From the NCBI GenBank assembly GCA_034667685.1, contig JAXDQU010000011.1, positions 14,230 to 78,229 of the forward strand: a stretch of 64,000 bases of DNA, read 5' to 3'. This DNA is from Thermoplasmata archaeon. Its GTDB lineage: Archaea; Thermoplasmatota; SW-10-69-26; JACQPN01; JAJPHT01. The position numbers and the translations under genes were made by a program. A model generated the notes under the pieces. The model was not told the DNA's origin. It ran no database searches and saw nothing but the letters and a program-made list of their open reading frames with translations. Position 1 is the stretch's first letter. Each line of letters begins with the position of its first letter. Shown in pieces: positions 38,581 through 48,039 of this stretch.

Positions 38581-40437
38581 TCACGCCACCCCCTTCGTGC
38601 TGATGTCCTCGGCCTTGCTATCAAGGATCTGCTTGAGCTCGGCCGGGATCGCCGGGATCGGCTCGACGGCGATCTCCATCTTGCCGTTGACGTTGCGGGC
38701 GACGATGTTGCGGCCGCCCCAGTTCTTCTCGTCGCTCTCGATGAAGTCGCCGCGCGTGTGCCCGCCGCGCGACTCCTCGCGGGTCAGCGCGCTACGGCAC
38801 GAGGCCTCGCACGCGATGACCATGAACTGCAGGTCCATGGCGACGTGCCAGCCCGGGTTGAACGCGGTGGTGCCGGGCGCCTTGACGGCGGCGGCGCGCT
38901 TCTTGATCGTCTGCAGCTCCTCGATGGCTTCGAGCAGGTCGTCCTTGAAGCGGACCATGCCGGCCTTGTTCTGCATGACGACCTGCAGGTCCTCCCACAC
39001 CTTGTAGGGCGACTCGCCCGCGCCTGAGCCGACGAACGACAGGTAATGATCGACCGCGGCCTCGACCTCGCGGTCGTCGACGCGGCCCGGCGGCGCGGTC
39101 TTGGCGAACTTCGCCGCGTGCTCGCCGGCGCGCGCGCCGAACACGAGCAGGTCGGTGAGCGAGTTGCCGCCCAGGCGGTTGGAGCCGTGCAGCCCGGCCG
39201 CCGCCTCGCCCGCGGCGTAAAGCCCCTGGACCTTGGGCGTCTGCTGCGTCTCGGGGTCCACGCGGATGCCGCCCATCGTGTAGTGCATCGTGGGGCCGAC
39301 CTCCATCGGGACCTTGGTGATGTCGACGTTCGCCAATTCCTTGAACTGGTGGTACATCGAGGGGAGCTTCCGCTTCACGTACTCGGGGTCGCGCCAGCTG
39401 ATATCAAGATAGACGCCGCCGCGCGGGGTGCCGCGGCCGCTCTTGACCTCGGCCATGATGGCGCGCGCCACGATGTCGCGGGGAAGGAGCTCGGGCGGGC
39501 GGCGCGCGGTGCTCTGGCCCGCGGTGATGCTGCCGTCCTTGAGCTGGCCCTGCTGCTCGACCCACGTGTTGGCCTCGGCCTCGGTCTCCGCGAACTCGCC
39601 CTTGTAGAGGTCGGGCACGTAGCGGAACATGAAGCGCTCGCCGTTCGTGTTCGTCAGGCGGCCGCCCTCGCCGCGCACGCCCTCGGTGACGAGGATGCCG
39701 CGCACGCTCGGGGGCCAGACCATGCCGGTGGGGTGGAACTGGATGAACTCCATGTCCTGGAGGTCCGCGCCGGCGAGCCACGCGAGCGCGTAGCCGTCGC
39801 CCGTGTATTCCCATGAGTTGCTGGTGACCTGGAACGCCTTGCCGAAGCCGCCCGTCGCAAGGACGAACGCCTTGGCCTTGAAGAGGTGGAACGCGCCCGT
39901 GTCGCGCTCGTAGGCAAGGGCCGCGACGACTCGGTTGCCGTCCTTGAACAGGCGGACCACGGTGGTCTCCATGAAGACGTCGAGCCCGCTGTGGACGCCC
40001 TTGTCCTGGAGCGTGCGGATGATCTCCAAGCCGGTCCTGTCGCCGACGTGCGCGAGGCGCGGGTACGTGTGGCCGCCGAATGCGCGCTGGCTGATCCAGC
40101 CGTCCTTCGTGCGGTCGAACACTGCGCCCCACTCCTCCAGCTCGCGCACGCGCTGCGGCGCCTCCTTGGCGTGCAGCTCGGCCATGCGCCAGGAGTTGAG
40201 GTAGCGGCCGCCCTTCATCGTGTCGCGGAAGTGGACCTTCCAGTTGTCGCGGCCGTCGACGTTGCCCATCGCAGCCGCCGCGCCGCCCTCCGCCATCACG
40301 GTGTGGGCCTTGCCCAGGAGCGACTTGCAGAGCACGGCGGTCTTCTGGCCCTGCCGGGCGGACTCGATCGCGGCGCGGAGGCCCGCGCCGCCCGCGCCGA
40401 TGACAACGACGTCGAACTCGTGGCTGGCGAACTTCAC
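38581..40437 (-). CDS. sdhA: Succinate dehydrogenase/fumarate reductase flavoprotein
   Basis: GAGGAG, KAHTVMAEGG, QFHPTG, HGSNRLGGNSL, ESRGGH; GTG start at 40437. Confidence 0.95.
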   Translation of the reverse strand: MKFASHEFDVVVIGAGGAGLRAAIESARQGQKTAVLCKSLLGKAHTVMAEGGAAAAMGNVDGRDNWKVHFRDTMKGGRYLNSWRMAELHAKEAPQRVRELEEWGAVFDRTKDGWISQRAFGGHTYPRLAHVGDRTGLEIIRTLQDKGVHSGLDVFMETTVVRLFKDGNRVVAALAYERDTGAFHLFKAKAFVLATGGFGKAFQVTSNSWEYTGDGYALAWLAGADLQDMEFIQFHPTGMVWPPSVRGILVTEGVRGEGGRLTNTNGERFMFRYVPDLYKGEFAETEAEANTWVEQQGQLKDGSITAGQSTARRPPELLPRDIVARAIMAEVKSGRGTPRGGVYLDISWRDPEYVKRKLPSMYHQFKELANVDITKVPMEVGPTMHYTMGGIRVDPETQQTPKVQGLYAAGEAAAGLHGSNRLGGNSLTDLLVFGARAGEHAAKFAKTAPPGRVDDREVEAAVDHYLSFVGSGAGESPYKVWEDLQVVMQNKAGMVRFKDDLLEAIEELQTIKKRAAAVKAPGTTAFNPGWHVAMDLQFMVIACEASCRSALTREESRGGHTRGDFIESDEKNWGGRNIVARNVNGKMEIAVEPIPAIPAELKQILDSKAEDISTKGVA

Positions 40438-41279
40438 AGCGGCACCCCCGCGGACTTGAGCGCCGCCGCGATGCCCAGCGGGTCGCTCATGACGACGTAG
40501 CGGATGTAGAGGTCCACGCCCGCGACGGTGAAGAGCGAGAGCCAGGCCCAGAGCGCGTGGCGGTCGTTGAGCACCGTGACCTTCGTCCAGAGCGAGTAGC
40601 GCGTCGAGGCCGCGCCGTCGCACGAGAAGCAGTCGAGCTTGCCGCCGATCAGGTGGCGGAAGCTGTGGCAGCCGAACGTGTACGCCATGAGGAAGCCGAC
40701 GTTGACGAGCATCAGCGCGCTGCCCAGGCCGAAGTAAAGGCCGTTGGGCGTCACGATGCTGCGGATCGCGTCCCACGCCAGGAAGAGCGTGATGACGATG
40801 GCCGCGTAGAGGAACCACCGGTGGAGGTTCTGGAGGACGAGGATGCCACGCTCGCCCTTGTAGTCGAAGCCCTTGTTGGCCGGCACGGCGCAGCCCGCGG
40901 GGCGCGCGACGAAGGCGCGGTAGTAGGACTTGCGGTAGTAGTAGCACGTCATCCGGAAGCCCGCCGGGAAGGGCAGGATCAGGAACGCGGGGCTGCGCAC
41001 GGCCTGCGCCAGGTAGGGCAGGTTGTAGAGGAAGCCGGGCACCGCCCACGTGAAGTCGGGCGTGCCGAAGGGGGACGCGTAGTGGTAGTGGCCGTTGTCC
41101 GCCAGGTAGTAGCCCGCGTAGGCCGCGTAGTTGGTGCCGGCCGCGAAGACGGGCTCGAAGACGCGGTAGGTCGCGTAGAGGATGAACGCCGAGTACACGA
41201 TCACCGTGAACGCGGGGAAGACCCACCACGCGTCGCGGCGGTGGGTGAGCGGCTCGGTCGTCGCCGTGGCAGTGGCCAG
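40434..41279 (-). CDS. Sdh single membrane anchor of mycobacterial Sdh1 (Rv0249c-like) type; probable CTG start
   Basis: FRMTCYYYRKSYYR, PAGCAV, QNLHRW, GCHSFRH. N-terminal RRDAWW lies upstream of the first GTG (41204). Confidence 0.8.
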   Translation of the reverse strand: MATATATTEPLTHRRDAWWVFPAFTVIVYSAFILYATYRVFEPVFAAGTNYAAYAGYYLADNGHYHYASPFGTPDFTWAVPGFLYNLPYLAQAVRSPAFLILPFPAGFRMTCYYYRKSYYRAFVARPAGCAVPANKGFDYKGERGILVLQNLHRWFLYAAIVITLFLAWDAIRSIVTPNGLYFGLGSALMLVNVGFLMAYTFGCHSFRHLIGGKLDCFSCDGAASTRYSLWTKVTVLNDRHALWAWLSLFTVAGVDLYIRYVVMSDPLGIAAALKSAGVPL

Positions 41280-41349
41280 TCTGACTCCTCCGGAGATGCC
41301 GCGGGCAGCCGGGGGAGGCGATTTAAGATTTGTCTATGGACATCCAGGG

Positions 41350-41550
41350 TCAGCCGACGTTCTCGAACTCGGCGCCGAGGCACTTCTTCCGGTGCTTGCT
41401 GCGGAACGTGATCGCGCCGCGCAGCGTCCGGGCGAAGCTCGGTGTGCCGCACGCGATGCAGCGCTGGTGGTGGGCGGTCTCCTTTCTCCCCCGCGTGAGG
41501 ACCTGAAGTTCGTGCATCAGACCCCGCAACGAGCGGGTATGCATAGCCAT
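41350..41550 (-). CDS. Small basic putative Zn-finger protein
   Basis: CIACG...HRKKC; function unknown. Confidence 0.45.
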   Translation of the reverse strand: MAMHTRSLRGLMHELQVLTRGRKETAHHQRCIACGTPSFARTLRGAITFRSKHRKKCLGAEFENVG

Positions 41551-41666
41551 TCACGTCCAAGAGCGCGCCATTGGGCGATCGTTCCTAGAAACCCGAAAAC
41601 AATTCTCTACAGAGAACCGGGGAGGCGAGCGCCTGGAATGTTATCTCCGGGTTACTCTGATATCAC

Positions 41667-42065
41667 TTAGGCCGGCCGGTACTTGCTTGCGCAGCCGACG
41701 CTGACGTCCGTGGCGCGAAGGCGCGTGCCGCCGGCGTCCGTGACGAGCACGCCGGTCACGACCACGTTCTTGCCCTCGATCGTGCCGCCGGCCTCCTGGT
41801 CGGGAAGGGGCTTGCGCGGGTCCCACTCGACGGGGAGCTGGGCGTGGCCGTCTTCGATCAGGAACGTGATGGGCGAGCCGGTGCGGTTGACGCTCCCCGG
41901 CACCACGCTCGCCTTGAGCTGGACCTCCTTGCCCGCGAAGGCGGCGGGGTTGGCGACGACGTCGCCCACGCCCTGGTAGCCCTCGGGCCGGCTGCCGGCG
42001 TACGCGAGCGCGCCGCCCGCGACGACCAGGAGCAGCAGGATGGCCACCTTGGCGCCCTTGTTCAC
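41667..42065 (-). CDS. ccmE: CcmE-like heme chaperone, CxxxY type
   Basis: N-terminal TM, OB-like core (VVPGSV, EGKNVVVTG), C-terminal GCASKY. Confidence 0.7.
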   Translation of the reverse strand: MNKGAKVAILLLLVVAGGALAYAGSRPEGYQGVGDVVANPAAFAGKEVQLKASVVPGSVNRTGSPITFLIEDGHAQLPVEWDPRKPLPDQEAGGTIEGKNVVVTGVLVTDAGGTRLRATDVSVGCASKYRPA

Positions 42066-42117
42066 GGAGCCGACTCGGCCATGCGGCTTATCAGCGTTGT
42101 GGGGGTGTCGTGCACCC

Positions 42118-42357
42118 ATGCGTGCGTGGCTGCGGATCTCGTCAGGGCTGCTCCTCGCCGTGGCCGGGCTGCTCTTCGGGCTGCTCTACGTGGGCGTCGC
42201 GCTCCTCTCGGACTGCCCCGCCGCGTGCGTCGCCCGGGGTGAGCGCGCGGTTGCGTGGGCGCTCGCGGGCGCGGGTTTCCTCGTGGCGATCGGGGGCGTC
42301 GTGCTCGTCGTGCGCACGTGGCGCGCGAGGCGACGGACGCGTCCGCCCGCGTCCTGA
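42118..42357 (+). CDS. Small two-TM membrane protein with a CxxxC loop
   Basis: Two hydrophobic segments flanking DCPAAC. Confidence 0.55.
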   Translation: MRAWLRISSGLLLAVAGLLFGLLYVGVALLSDCPAACVARGERAVAWALAGAGFLVAIGGVVLVVRTWRARRRTRPPAS

Positions 42358-42371
42358 GCGCGGGCGTCAAT

Positions 42372-42377
42372 CTTATA
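42372..42377 (+). promoter_or_regulatory. TATA-like box upstream of thrS
   Basis: CTTATA 37 nt before the GTG at 42415. Confidence 0.45.
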
Positions 42378-42414
42378 GAGCAGGCTCCCGCTGGCGCCGC
42401 CCGTAGGTGCGTCC

Positions 42415-44304
42415 GTGAAGCTCCTGTTCCTTCACAGCGATTTCATCGAGTTCGAGGCCAAGAAGCCGGCCCTCCGGAATCCGCCTCCGCTCGCGGACGC
42501 CGAGAAGGCGGCGCGCGTCGAGGACGCGCTCGTCATGATGTACAGCGTCGAGAAGAGCGACGAGGACAAGATCGACGGCGCGGTGGCCGCGGCGCTCGCG
42601 AACCTCAAGGACGTCGCGGGGCAGGTCAAGGCCGAGAAGGTCGTGCTCTACCCGTACGCGCACCTGAGCAACAGCCTCGCGGCGCCGGCGAAGGCGCAGC
42701 TCGCGGGCGAGAAGCTGAAGAAGGCCGCCGCGGAAGCGGGCTATCAGGTCACGAGCGCCCCCTTCGGCTGGTACAAGATGTTCAACGTGAAGGTCAAGGG
42801 GCACCCGCTCTCGGAGCTTTCGCGCTCGATCGGCGCCGAGGAGGTCAAGGCCGCGGCGGAGGCCAAGCCCGAGGGCGACGCGCGCGAGTCGGAGGCGCTC
42901 AAGAAGGAGAAGAAGCTCGTCTCCACGTGGTACGTGCTCACGCCCGAGGGCGTGCTGACGAAGGCGAGCGAGTTCGACTTCTCGCCCTACCCGGAGCTTG
43001 CGGCGTTCCACAAGCACGAGACGCAGGGCACGCGCGCCGCCGGCCAGGAGCCGCCGCACGTGCGCATGATGAAGGAGATGGAGCTCGTCGACTACGAGCC
43101 CGGCTCCGACCCCGGCAACTTCCGCTGGTATCCGAAGGGCTCGCTCATCAAGCGTCTCCTGGAGACGCGCGTCTCGGACATCGTCGCCGACGCGGGCGGC
43201 ATGCGCGTCGAGACGCCGATCATGTACGACTACGAGCACCCGGCGCTCTCGAAGTACCTCAACCGCTTCCCGGCGCGCCAGTACGTGCTCAAGAGCGAGG
43301 ACAAGGAGTTCTTCCTGAGGTTCGCGGCCTGCTTCGGCCAGTACCTCATCATGCACGACACGACGATGAGCTATCGTCACCTGCCGCTGCGCGTCTACGA
43401 GCTGACGCACTACTCCTTCAGGCGCGAGCAGACCGGCGAGCTCTCCGGCCTCCGGCGCCTGCGCACGTTCACCATGCCCGACATGCACACCGTCGTGGCG
43501 GACATGGAGCAGGCCAAGGTCGAGTTCCTGAACCACTTCAAGCTGAGCATGCAGTGGATGGACGACATCAACGTCCCGTTCAACGCGGGCGTGCGCTTCG
43601 TCAAGAGCTTCTTCGACGAGAACCGCGACTTCGCCGTCGGTCTCGCGAAGCTGCTCGGGCGCCCCATCCTCATCGAGATGTGGGACGAGCGCTTCTTCTA
43701 CTTCGTCATGAAGTTCGAGTTCAACGTCGTCGACACGCAGGGCAAGGCCGCCGCCCTCTCCACGGTGCAGATCGACGTCGAGAACGGCGAGCGCTTCGAC
43801 ATCCAGTACGTGGACGCCGAGGGCCAGCGCAAGCACCCGCTCATCCTGCACACGAGCCTCTCGGGCAGCATCGACCGCAACATGTACGCGCTGCTGGAGA
43901 CCGAGGCGCGCCGCATCAACGCGGGGCAGAAGGGGCAGCTTCCCTTCTGGCTGAGCCCGACGCAGGTGCGCTTCCTCCCGGTGAGCGACCAGTACGCGCC
44001 CGCGTGCGTCGACATGGCGCAGAAGCTATCGTTCCTCGGCTTCCGGGCCGACGTGGACGACCGCGACCAGGGCGTGGGCCGCAAGATCCGCGATGCCGAG
44101 AAGGAGTGGGTCCCCATCACCGTGGTGTACGGCGAGAAGGAGGCCGCGGCCGGCAAGCTCCCCGCGCGCATGCGCACGGGCGAGAGCAAGGAGGTCAGCT
44201 TCGACGAGCTGGCCCACCTCGCCCGCGACATGCAGGGGCACCGCCCCGCGGCGAAGCTGCCGGTCCCGATGCGGATGAGTCTCAGGCCCATCTTCCACGG
44301 GTAG
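42415..44304 (+). CDS. thrS: Threonine--tRNA ligase, archaeal type
   Basis: Archaeal editing domain (LFLHSDF, YPYAHLS, APFGWYK, KGHPLSELSR), LRFAACFGQ, FRREQTGEL, TVQID. Confidence 0.97.
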   Translation: MKLLFLHSDFIEFEAKKPALRNPPPLADAEKAARVEDALVMMYSVEKSDEDKIDGAVAAALANLKDVAGQVKAEKVVLYPYAHLSNSLAAPAKAQLAGEKLKKAAAEAGYQVTSAPFGWYKMFNVKVKGHPLSELSRSIGAEEVKAAAEAKPEGDARESEALKKEKKLVSTWYVLTPEGVLTKASEFDFSPYPELAAFHKHETQGTRAAGQEPPHVRMMKEMELVDYEPGSDPGNFRWYPKGSLIKRLLETRVSDIVADAGGMRVETPIMYDYEHPALSKYLNRFPARQYVLKSEDKEFFLRFAACFGQYLIMHDTTMSYRHLPLRVYELTHYSFRREQTGELSGLRRLRTFTMPDMHTVVADMEQAKVEFLNHFKLSMQWMDDINVPFNAGVRFVKSFFDENRDFAVGLAKLLGRPILIEMWDERFFYFVMKFEFNVVDTQGKAAALSTVQIDVENGERFDIQYVDAEGQRKHPLILHTSLSGSIDRNMYALLETEARRINAGQKGQLPFWLSPTQVRFLPVSDQYAPACVDMAQKLSFLGFRADVDDRDQGVGRKIRDAEKEWVPITVVYGEKEAAAGKLPARMRTGESKEVSFDELAHLARDMQGHRPAAKLPVPMRMSLRPIFHG

Positions 44305-44305
44305 C

Positions 44306-44743
44306 TCAGTGCATGTTGCGGAGGAACTTGTTGTCCTCGTCGAAGCCGCTGTCGAAGAACTCGTTGGCGAGCTTCTTCAGCGTGGCCTCGTCGTGGACGC
44401 CCTCGACCTTCCACTCGGCAACGGTGACGACGCGCGTCTTGTTGCCCTCGGGCAGGTAGACCGAGGTGAACCAGGTGCCCTTCATGGGGCCCTCGACCAT
44501 CTCGACGCTCTGCGTGTGGGGCGGCTTCACGGTGAAGCGCCACTTGTGGTTGACGTGCGAGCGCCCGTCGTTGCCCAGCGTCACGACGTCCGCGAGGACG
44601 GAGCCGTCGGGCTGCGGCTTGCTCGCCATCGAGACGATGCTGCCGTGGATCTTGTTCTTCGGATCGTTGTGCGCCTGGATGAGCTTCCAGACCTTGTCGA
44701 CGGGGCCGTCGAACGTTCCGTCGTCGCTGTAGTATCGAACCAT
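44306..44743 (-). CDS. SRPBCC-like hypothetical protein
   Basis: FDGPVDKVWK, EMVEGPMKG, C-terminal helix FDEDNKFL. Confidence 0.6.
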   Translation of the reverse strand: MVRYYSDDGTFDGPVDKVWKLIQAHNDPKNKIHGSIVSMASKPQPDGSVLADVVTLGNDGRSHVNHKWRFTVKPPHTQSVEMVEGPMKGTWFTSVYLPEGNKTRVVTVAEWKVEGVHDEATLKKLANEFFDSGFDEDNKFLRNMH

Positions 44744-44809
44744 GGAGTTACCTGGGGACCCCCAGGCGCTGCGTAGGTAAGTACGCGACCCTCCGAGCGA
44801 TCCGCGCGC

Positions 44810-45208
44810 TCAACGGCGGCGCTTGCCAGCTTCGCGCGACAGCACGCTCGCGATCTTCTGGATCCTCCGAAGCGTGCCGGGCACCATCGGGAACTCGGCG
44901 CGGTGCGGGCAATCCTCGTCGCGCACGAGCTTGCCGTCCTCGGTCATGACCCACGGGTAGATGCGGCACCCGACGGGGCGGTCGGCGTAGACGCTGCACC
45001 GCTCGTCCTTCAGGAAGAAGCAGGCGCCCTCCACGTTGGCGAGGTAGAGCCCGCGGTCCGCGGGATCGACGCGCGAGAAGGCGGCGCGATCGTGGCCGAG
45101 CGCGGCGAGGCGCGCGGCGTCCTCCTCCGTGATCGGCATCTCGGTATCGTGGCAGCACGCCGCGCAGCCGTGCTTGCTGCAGACGTCGTTCAGGACGGGG
45201 AGGCTCAT
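44810..45208 (-). CDS. YkgJ family CxxCxxCC cysteine-cluster protein
   Basis: C..HGCAACC, CFFL, CSVYADRPVGCRIYP. Confidence 0.85.
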   Translation of the reverse strand: MSLPVLNDVCSKHGCAACCHDTEMPITEEDAARLAALGHDRAAFSRVDPADRGLYLANVEGACFFLKDERCSVYADRPVGCRIYPWVMTEDGKLVRDEDCPHRAEFPMVPGTLRRIQKIASVLSREAGKRRR

Positions 45209-45693
45209 CGGTCTCTCGCCAGCGTGATGCCCGTCTGTCCCTGGTAATTCCCGCTTCGCTCGTGGTACAATGCCAACGGCGGCGTCTCCAGGCGCTCGAA
45301 GACGAGCTGGCAGAAGCGATCGCCGATCGGGACCTCCAACGGCTGCCGCGAGGCGTTGAAGCCGCCCACGGTCAGCGTGCCCTCGAAGCCCGCCTCGACC
45401 TTGCCGAACGAGCCGAAGACGCCGCGCCGCGCGTAGCTGCTGCGCAGCCAGAGCGAGCCGCACACGTCGTTGGGCATGCGCACGCGCTCCATCGTCGAGA
45501 CGAGGAACCGGGCCCCGGCGGGCACCACGGCCTTCCCCTCGCGCACCACCTCGCTCCCCTCGTCGGGCAGCAGGACCTCCGCGACCCGAAGGTCGTAGCC
45601 GTTGGGCGTCAGGCTGCGCGCCGCGAACGGCTCCAGGCCCAGGCTCCCGCGCGCCAGGAGGCGGTCGATGTCGCGGTCCGAGAGGACGCTCAT
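45205..45693 (-). CDS. dcd: dCTP deaminase
   Basis: LSDRDI, PNGYDLR, LRSSYARRG, VEAGFEGTLT, GNYQGQTG. Confidence 0.9.
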   Translation of the reverse strand: MSVLSDRDIDRLLARGSLGLEPFAARSLTPNGYDLRVAEVLLPDEGSEVVREGKAVVPAGARFLVSTMERVRMPNDVCGSLWLRSSYARRGVFGSFGKVEAGFEGTLTVGGFNASRQPLEVPIGDRFCQLVFERLETPPLALYHERSGNYQGQTGITLARDR

Positions 45694-45756
45694 GCCGCGC
45701 GCAGGCCCACGCCCCGAGATAGATTCATCTGCGCCCGCTCGATTGGCGCGGCACCG

Positions 45757-45831
45757 GGGCCTGTAGCCTAGCCCGGATAAGGCGGCAGCCTTCGGAGCTG
45801 TTTGTCTTGGGTTCGAATCCCAACAGGCCCG
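45757..45831 (+). tRNA. tRNA-Arg(UCG), CCA not encoded
   Basis: Acceptor GGGCCTG/CAGGCCC, anticodon arm GCAGC-CTTCGGA-GCTGT, T-loop GTTCGAATC. Confidence 0.95.
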
Positions 45832-45836
45832 CTAAT

Positions 45837-45862
45837 GGGGGGTCTGGGGGCGCAGCCCCCAG
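45837..45862 (+). repeat. REP-like GC hairpin immediately after the tRNA
   Basis: GGGGGGTCTGGGGGCGCAGCCCCCAG, the same motif as the arms at 37523 and 50236. Confidence 0.6.
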
Positions 45863-46076
45863 CGGCAAGCTCCCCGCCAATCCCAATGATATCTTCTCCG
45901 CAACGAGGCGGCCGGCCAGCCGAGCCACCACCCCCCGGGGGTAGCAGCAGGCCGGGTGCACGCGCGAGGTGTTGATGCCTCGCCGTGTCATGGCATGGTG
46001 AGGGCGCGGGGATGGTACCCCGCTGGGTCGGTGCGGTTACGACCCGGCAAGCCATCCTCGCCCTGCCCTCTTCTTC

Positions 46077-46574
46077 TCAGGAATCGGATTCTGGCTTGGG
46101 GCCATCCTGCACGGGCACGCGGAAGGGGCGCTCGCTGTCGCGGACGGCGTCGGCCCACGCAGCCGGGCCCTCGCCGGCGCGCTGCGCGTCGCGCATGGCC
46201 TTGAGCGCGGCGGCCAGGACGCGGTCGGCCTGCTCGGCGCTCTCTGGCGCATCGACGCAGGGCACGCCCTCGAAGACGACGCAGGCGAGGCGCTCGCGCA
46301 GCGTCTCGTCGAGCAGGTAGAACCCGTAGCGACCCGGCCGGGGCTCCCACGTGATCGAGACGCAGGCCGAGCCGCACGCGGCCTCGACCCAGACGCGCAC
46401 CTCGACCTCGGTCTGCGCCGTGTCGCGCTGGAGGTCGAGGAACTGGGCGCCGCGCAGCAGCACGTCGGCCTTCTCGGCGATGGCGCGCGCGTAGTCGTCC
46501 CGGGTGGTCGCGTCGAGGCTCTCGATCCAATCCAGCCGGAACGGGGCGGCGGTGCGCGCGTCGAACGCCTTCAT
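46077..46574 (-). CDS. Hypothetical protein (165 aa)
   Basis: ATG start and protein-like composition. Confidence 0.55.
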   Translation of the reverse strand: MKAFDARTAAPFRLDWIESLDATTRDDYARAIAEKADVLLRGAQFLDLQRDTAQTEVEVRVWVEAACGSACVSITWEPRPGRYGFYLLDETLRERLACVVFEGVPCVDAPESAEQADRVLAAALKAMRDAQRAGEGPAAWADAVRDSERPFRVPVQDGPKPESDS

Positions 46575-46652
46575 GCCCCCACGTAGGCGCAGGGCATGCC
46601 TACCTTTGGCGCGAGGGCCGCGGCGACGGTCGCGCCAGCCTTAAGCACGAGA

Positions 46653-47801
46653 TCAGGGCCCGATCGGGGGCAGCTCGGGGTGCGCCGCGTCGTAGGCGAC
46701 CACCTGGAGCTTGTACTGGACCTGCGCGTCGGAGCAGATCCCGCACTGGCCGAGCTGGCCGGAGGGGTCGCTCGTCGCGATCTGCAGGTCGAAGCGCCAC
46801 TGGCTCTGCTTGTCGTACGGGCTGTCCGTCTGCTGCATCTTGACGGGCCAGCTGAACTGGAAGACGCCCTTGGCGAAGTCGCTGTGCGTGACGTTCGCGC
46901 GGCGGAAGTTGGAGCTGTCCGCCGTCTTGTAGAGGAACGAGATGTTGCGCACCTGGCCGAACTGCGCGGTGGCGTCGGTGATGGTGACGTTGGCCGTCAT
47001 CCACATCGTCTCCATCGGGACGACCTTGGCCGCCTGCACGCCTTCCGGAGGCGAGTCGCCGTTGTTGGTCGCGCGGTCGACGATGGCGCTCTCGGCGCCC
47101 TGGTGGCTGCTCGTCGCCTGCCCGTCGAAGAGGACGAGCGTGTGCGCGCCGCCGAAGAGGTCGCCGTGCGCGGGCCAGAGGCTGATGTCGCGCATGCGGA
47201 CGATGTCGACGCGGAAGTGCAGCGCGCCCTCGATGACGCCGCCCTGTGCGGGCATGAGCTGGAACACCCAGCGGCTCGTCTTGCTGTGCGGCATGTCCGT
47301 CATGTCGGGCGTGATCTCGAGCGGCAGCGGCGCGCCCGAGGTGAGCGGCTTGGGCTGCGACCAGTCGGAGCTGGCGGCGCTGCGGTAACGCACGGTGACG
47401 CTGGAGACCGTGGGCGAGCTCCACGTCGCGGTGATCTCCATCTTGCCCGTGCCCTCGAAGACCATCACGTTGTCGGGCGGGCGCACGGTGGTGCCGCCCA
47501 CGGCCGGGTCCTGGTAGCGGAACGTGTTCGTGAACGTCTGCGCGAGCGCGTCCTGCGGCTGGATGTTGAGGTCCTGGTCGACGAGCGTGATGCGCTCCTT
47601 GCCGTTCCAGTAGTCGTGCATGTGCGCGACCTGGCCCATGTCGCCGCTCGCGTTGGCCGAGTTGCCCGTGTCGATGGCGACCTTGGACGTGTTGGTGGCG
47701 TTGATGGCCGCGGGCTTCGCGGGCGCATCCTTGCCACCGAGACATCCGGCGAGGCCTCCCGTGAGGAAGAGGGCCGCGACCAGAACGAGGGCGAGACGCA
47801 T
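46653..47801 (-). CDS. Lipoprotein, HxHDYW family paralog 1
   Basis: Lipobox LAGC; HMHDYWNGK, FEGTG, TDMPH...SRWVF, WPAH, DSPY. Confidence 0.8.
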   Translation of the reverse strand: MRLALVLVAALFLTGGLAGCLGGKDAPAKPAAINATNTSKVAIDTGNSANASGDMGQVAHMHDYWNGKERITLVDQDLNIQPQDALAQTFTNTFRYQDPAVGGTTVRPPDNVMVFEGTGKMEITATWSSPTVSSVTVRYRSAASSDWSQPKPLTSGAPLPLEITPDMTDMPHSKTSRWVFQLMPAQGGVIEGALHFRVDIVRMRDISLWPAHGDLFGGAHTLVLFDGQATSSHQGAESAIVDRATNNGDSPPEGVQAAKVVPMETMWMTANVTITDATAQFGQVRNISFLYKTADSSNFRRANVTHSDFAKGVFQFSWPVKMQQTDSPYDKQSQWRFDLQIATSDPSGQLGQCGICSDAQVQYKLQVVAYDAAHPELPPIGP

Positions 47802-47828
47802 GACGATCAAGCGGCACCCTGGCTCCGG

Positions 47829-47839
47829 CTTATATAAAG
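47829..47839 (-). promoter_or_regulatory. TATA box (CTTTATATAAG on the minus strand)
   Basis: 27 nt upstream of the ATG at 47801. Confidence 0.6.
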
Positions 47840-47913
47840 CGTGTGGAGCCCTTGTTGTCATGCCCGGGGCGGGCGGCACGCTTTTCAGGCGGCTGCGGGC
47901 TGCGCGCATCGCG

Positions 47914-47988
47914 GGACCCGTAGCCTAGCCCGGATATGGCGCAGGCCTCCTAAGCCTGAGACCGCGAGTTCGAATCTCGCCGGGTCCG
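47914..47988 (+). tRNA. tRNA-Arg(CCU), CCA not encoded
   Basis: Acceptor GGACCCG/CGGGTCC, anticodon arm CAGGC-CTCCTAA-GCCTG, T-loop GTTCGAATC. Confidence 0.95.
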
Positions 47989-48039
47989 CTCGCTTCGGTC
48001 GCAGCCCCGGCTCGACCCTCGGCGCTGCGGCGCCTGCGG

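Noticed and set aside
45757-47988. Genomic island between the two tRNA-Arg genes
   Set aside because: No integrase, no att duplication of the first tRNA, and composition like the rest of the window
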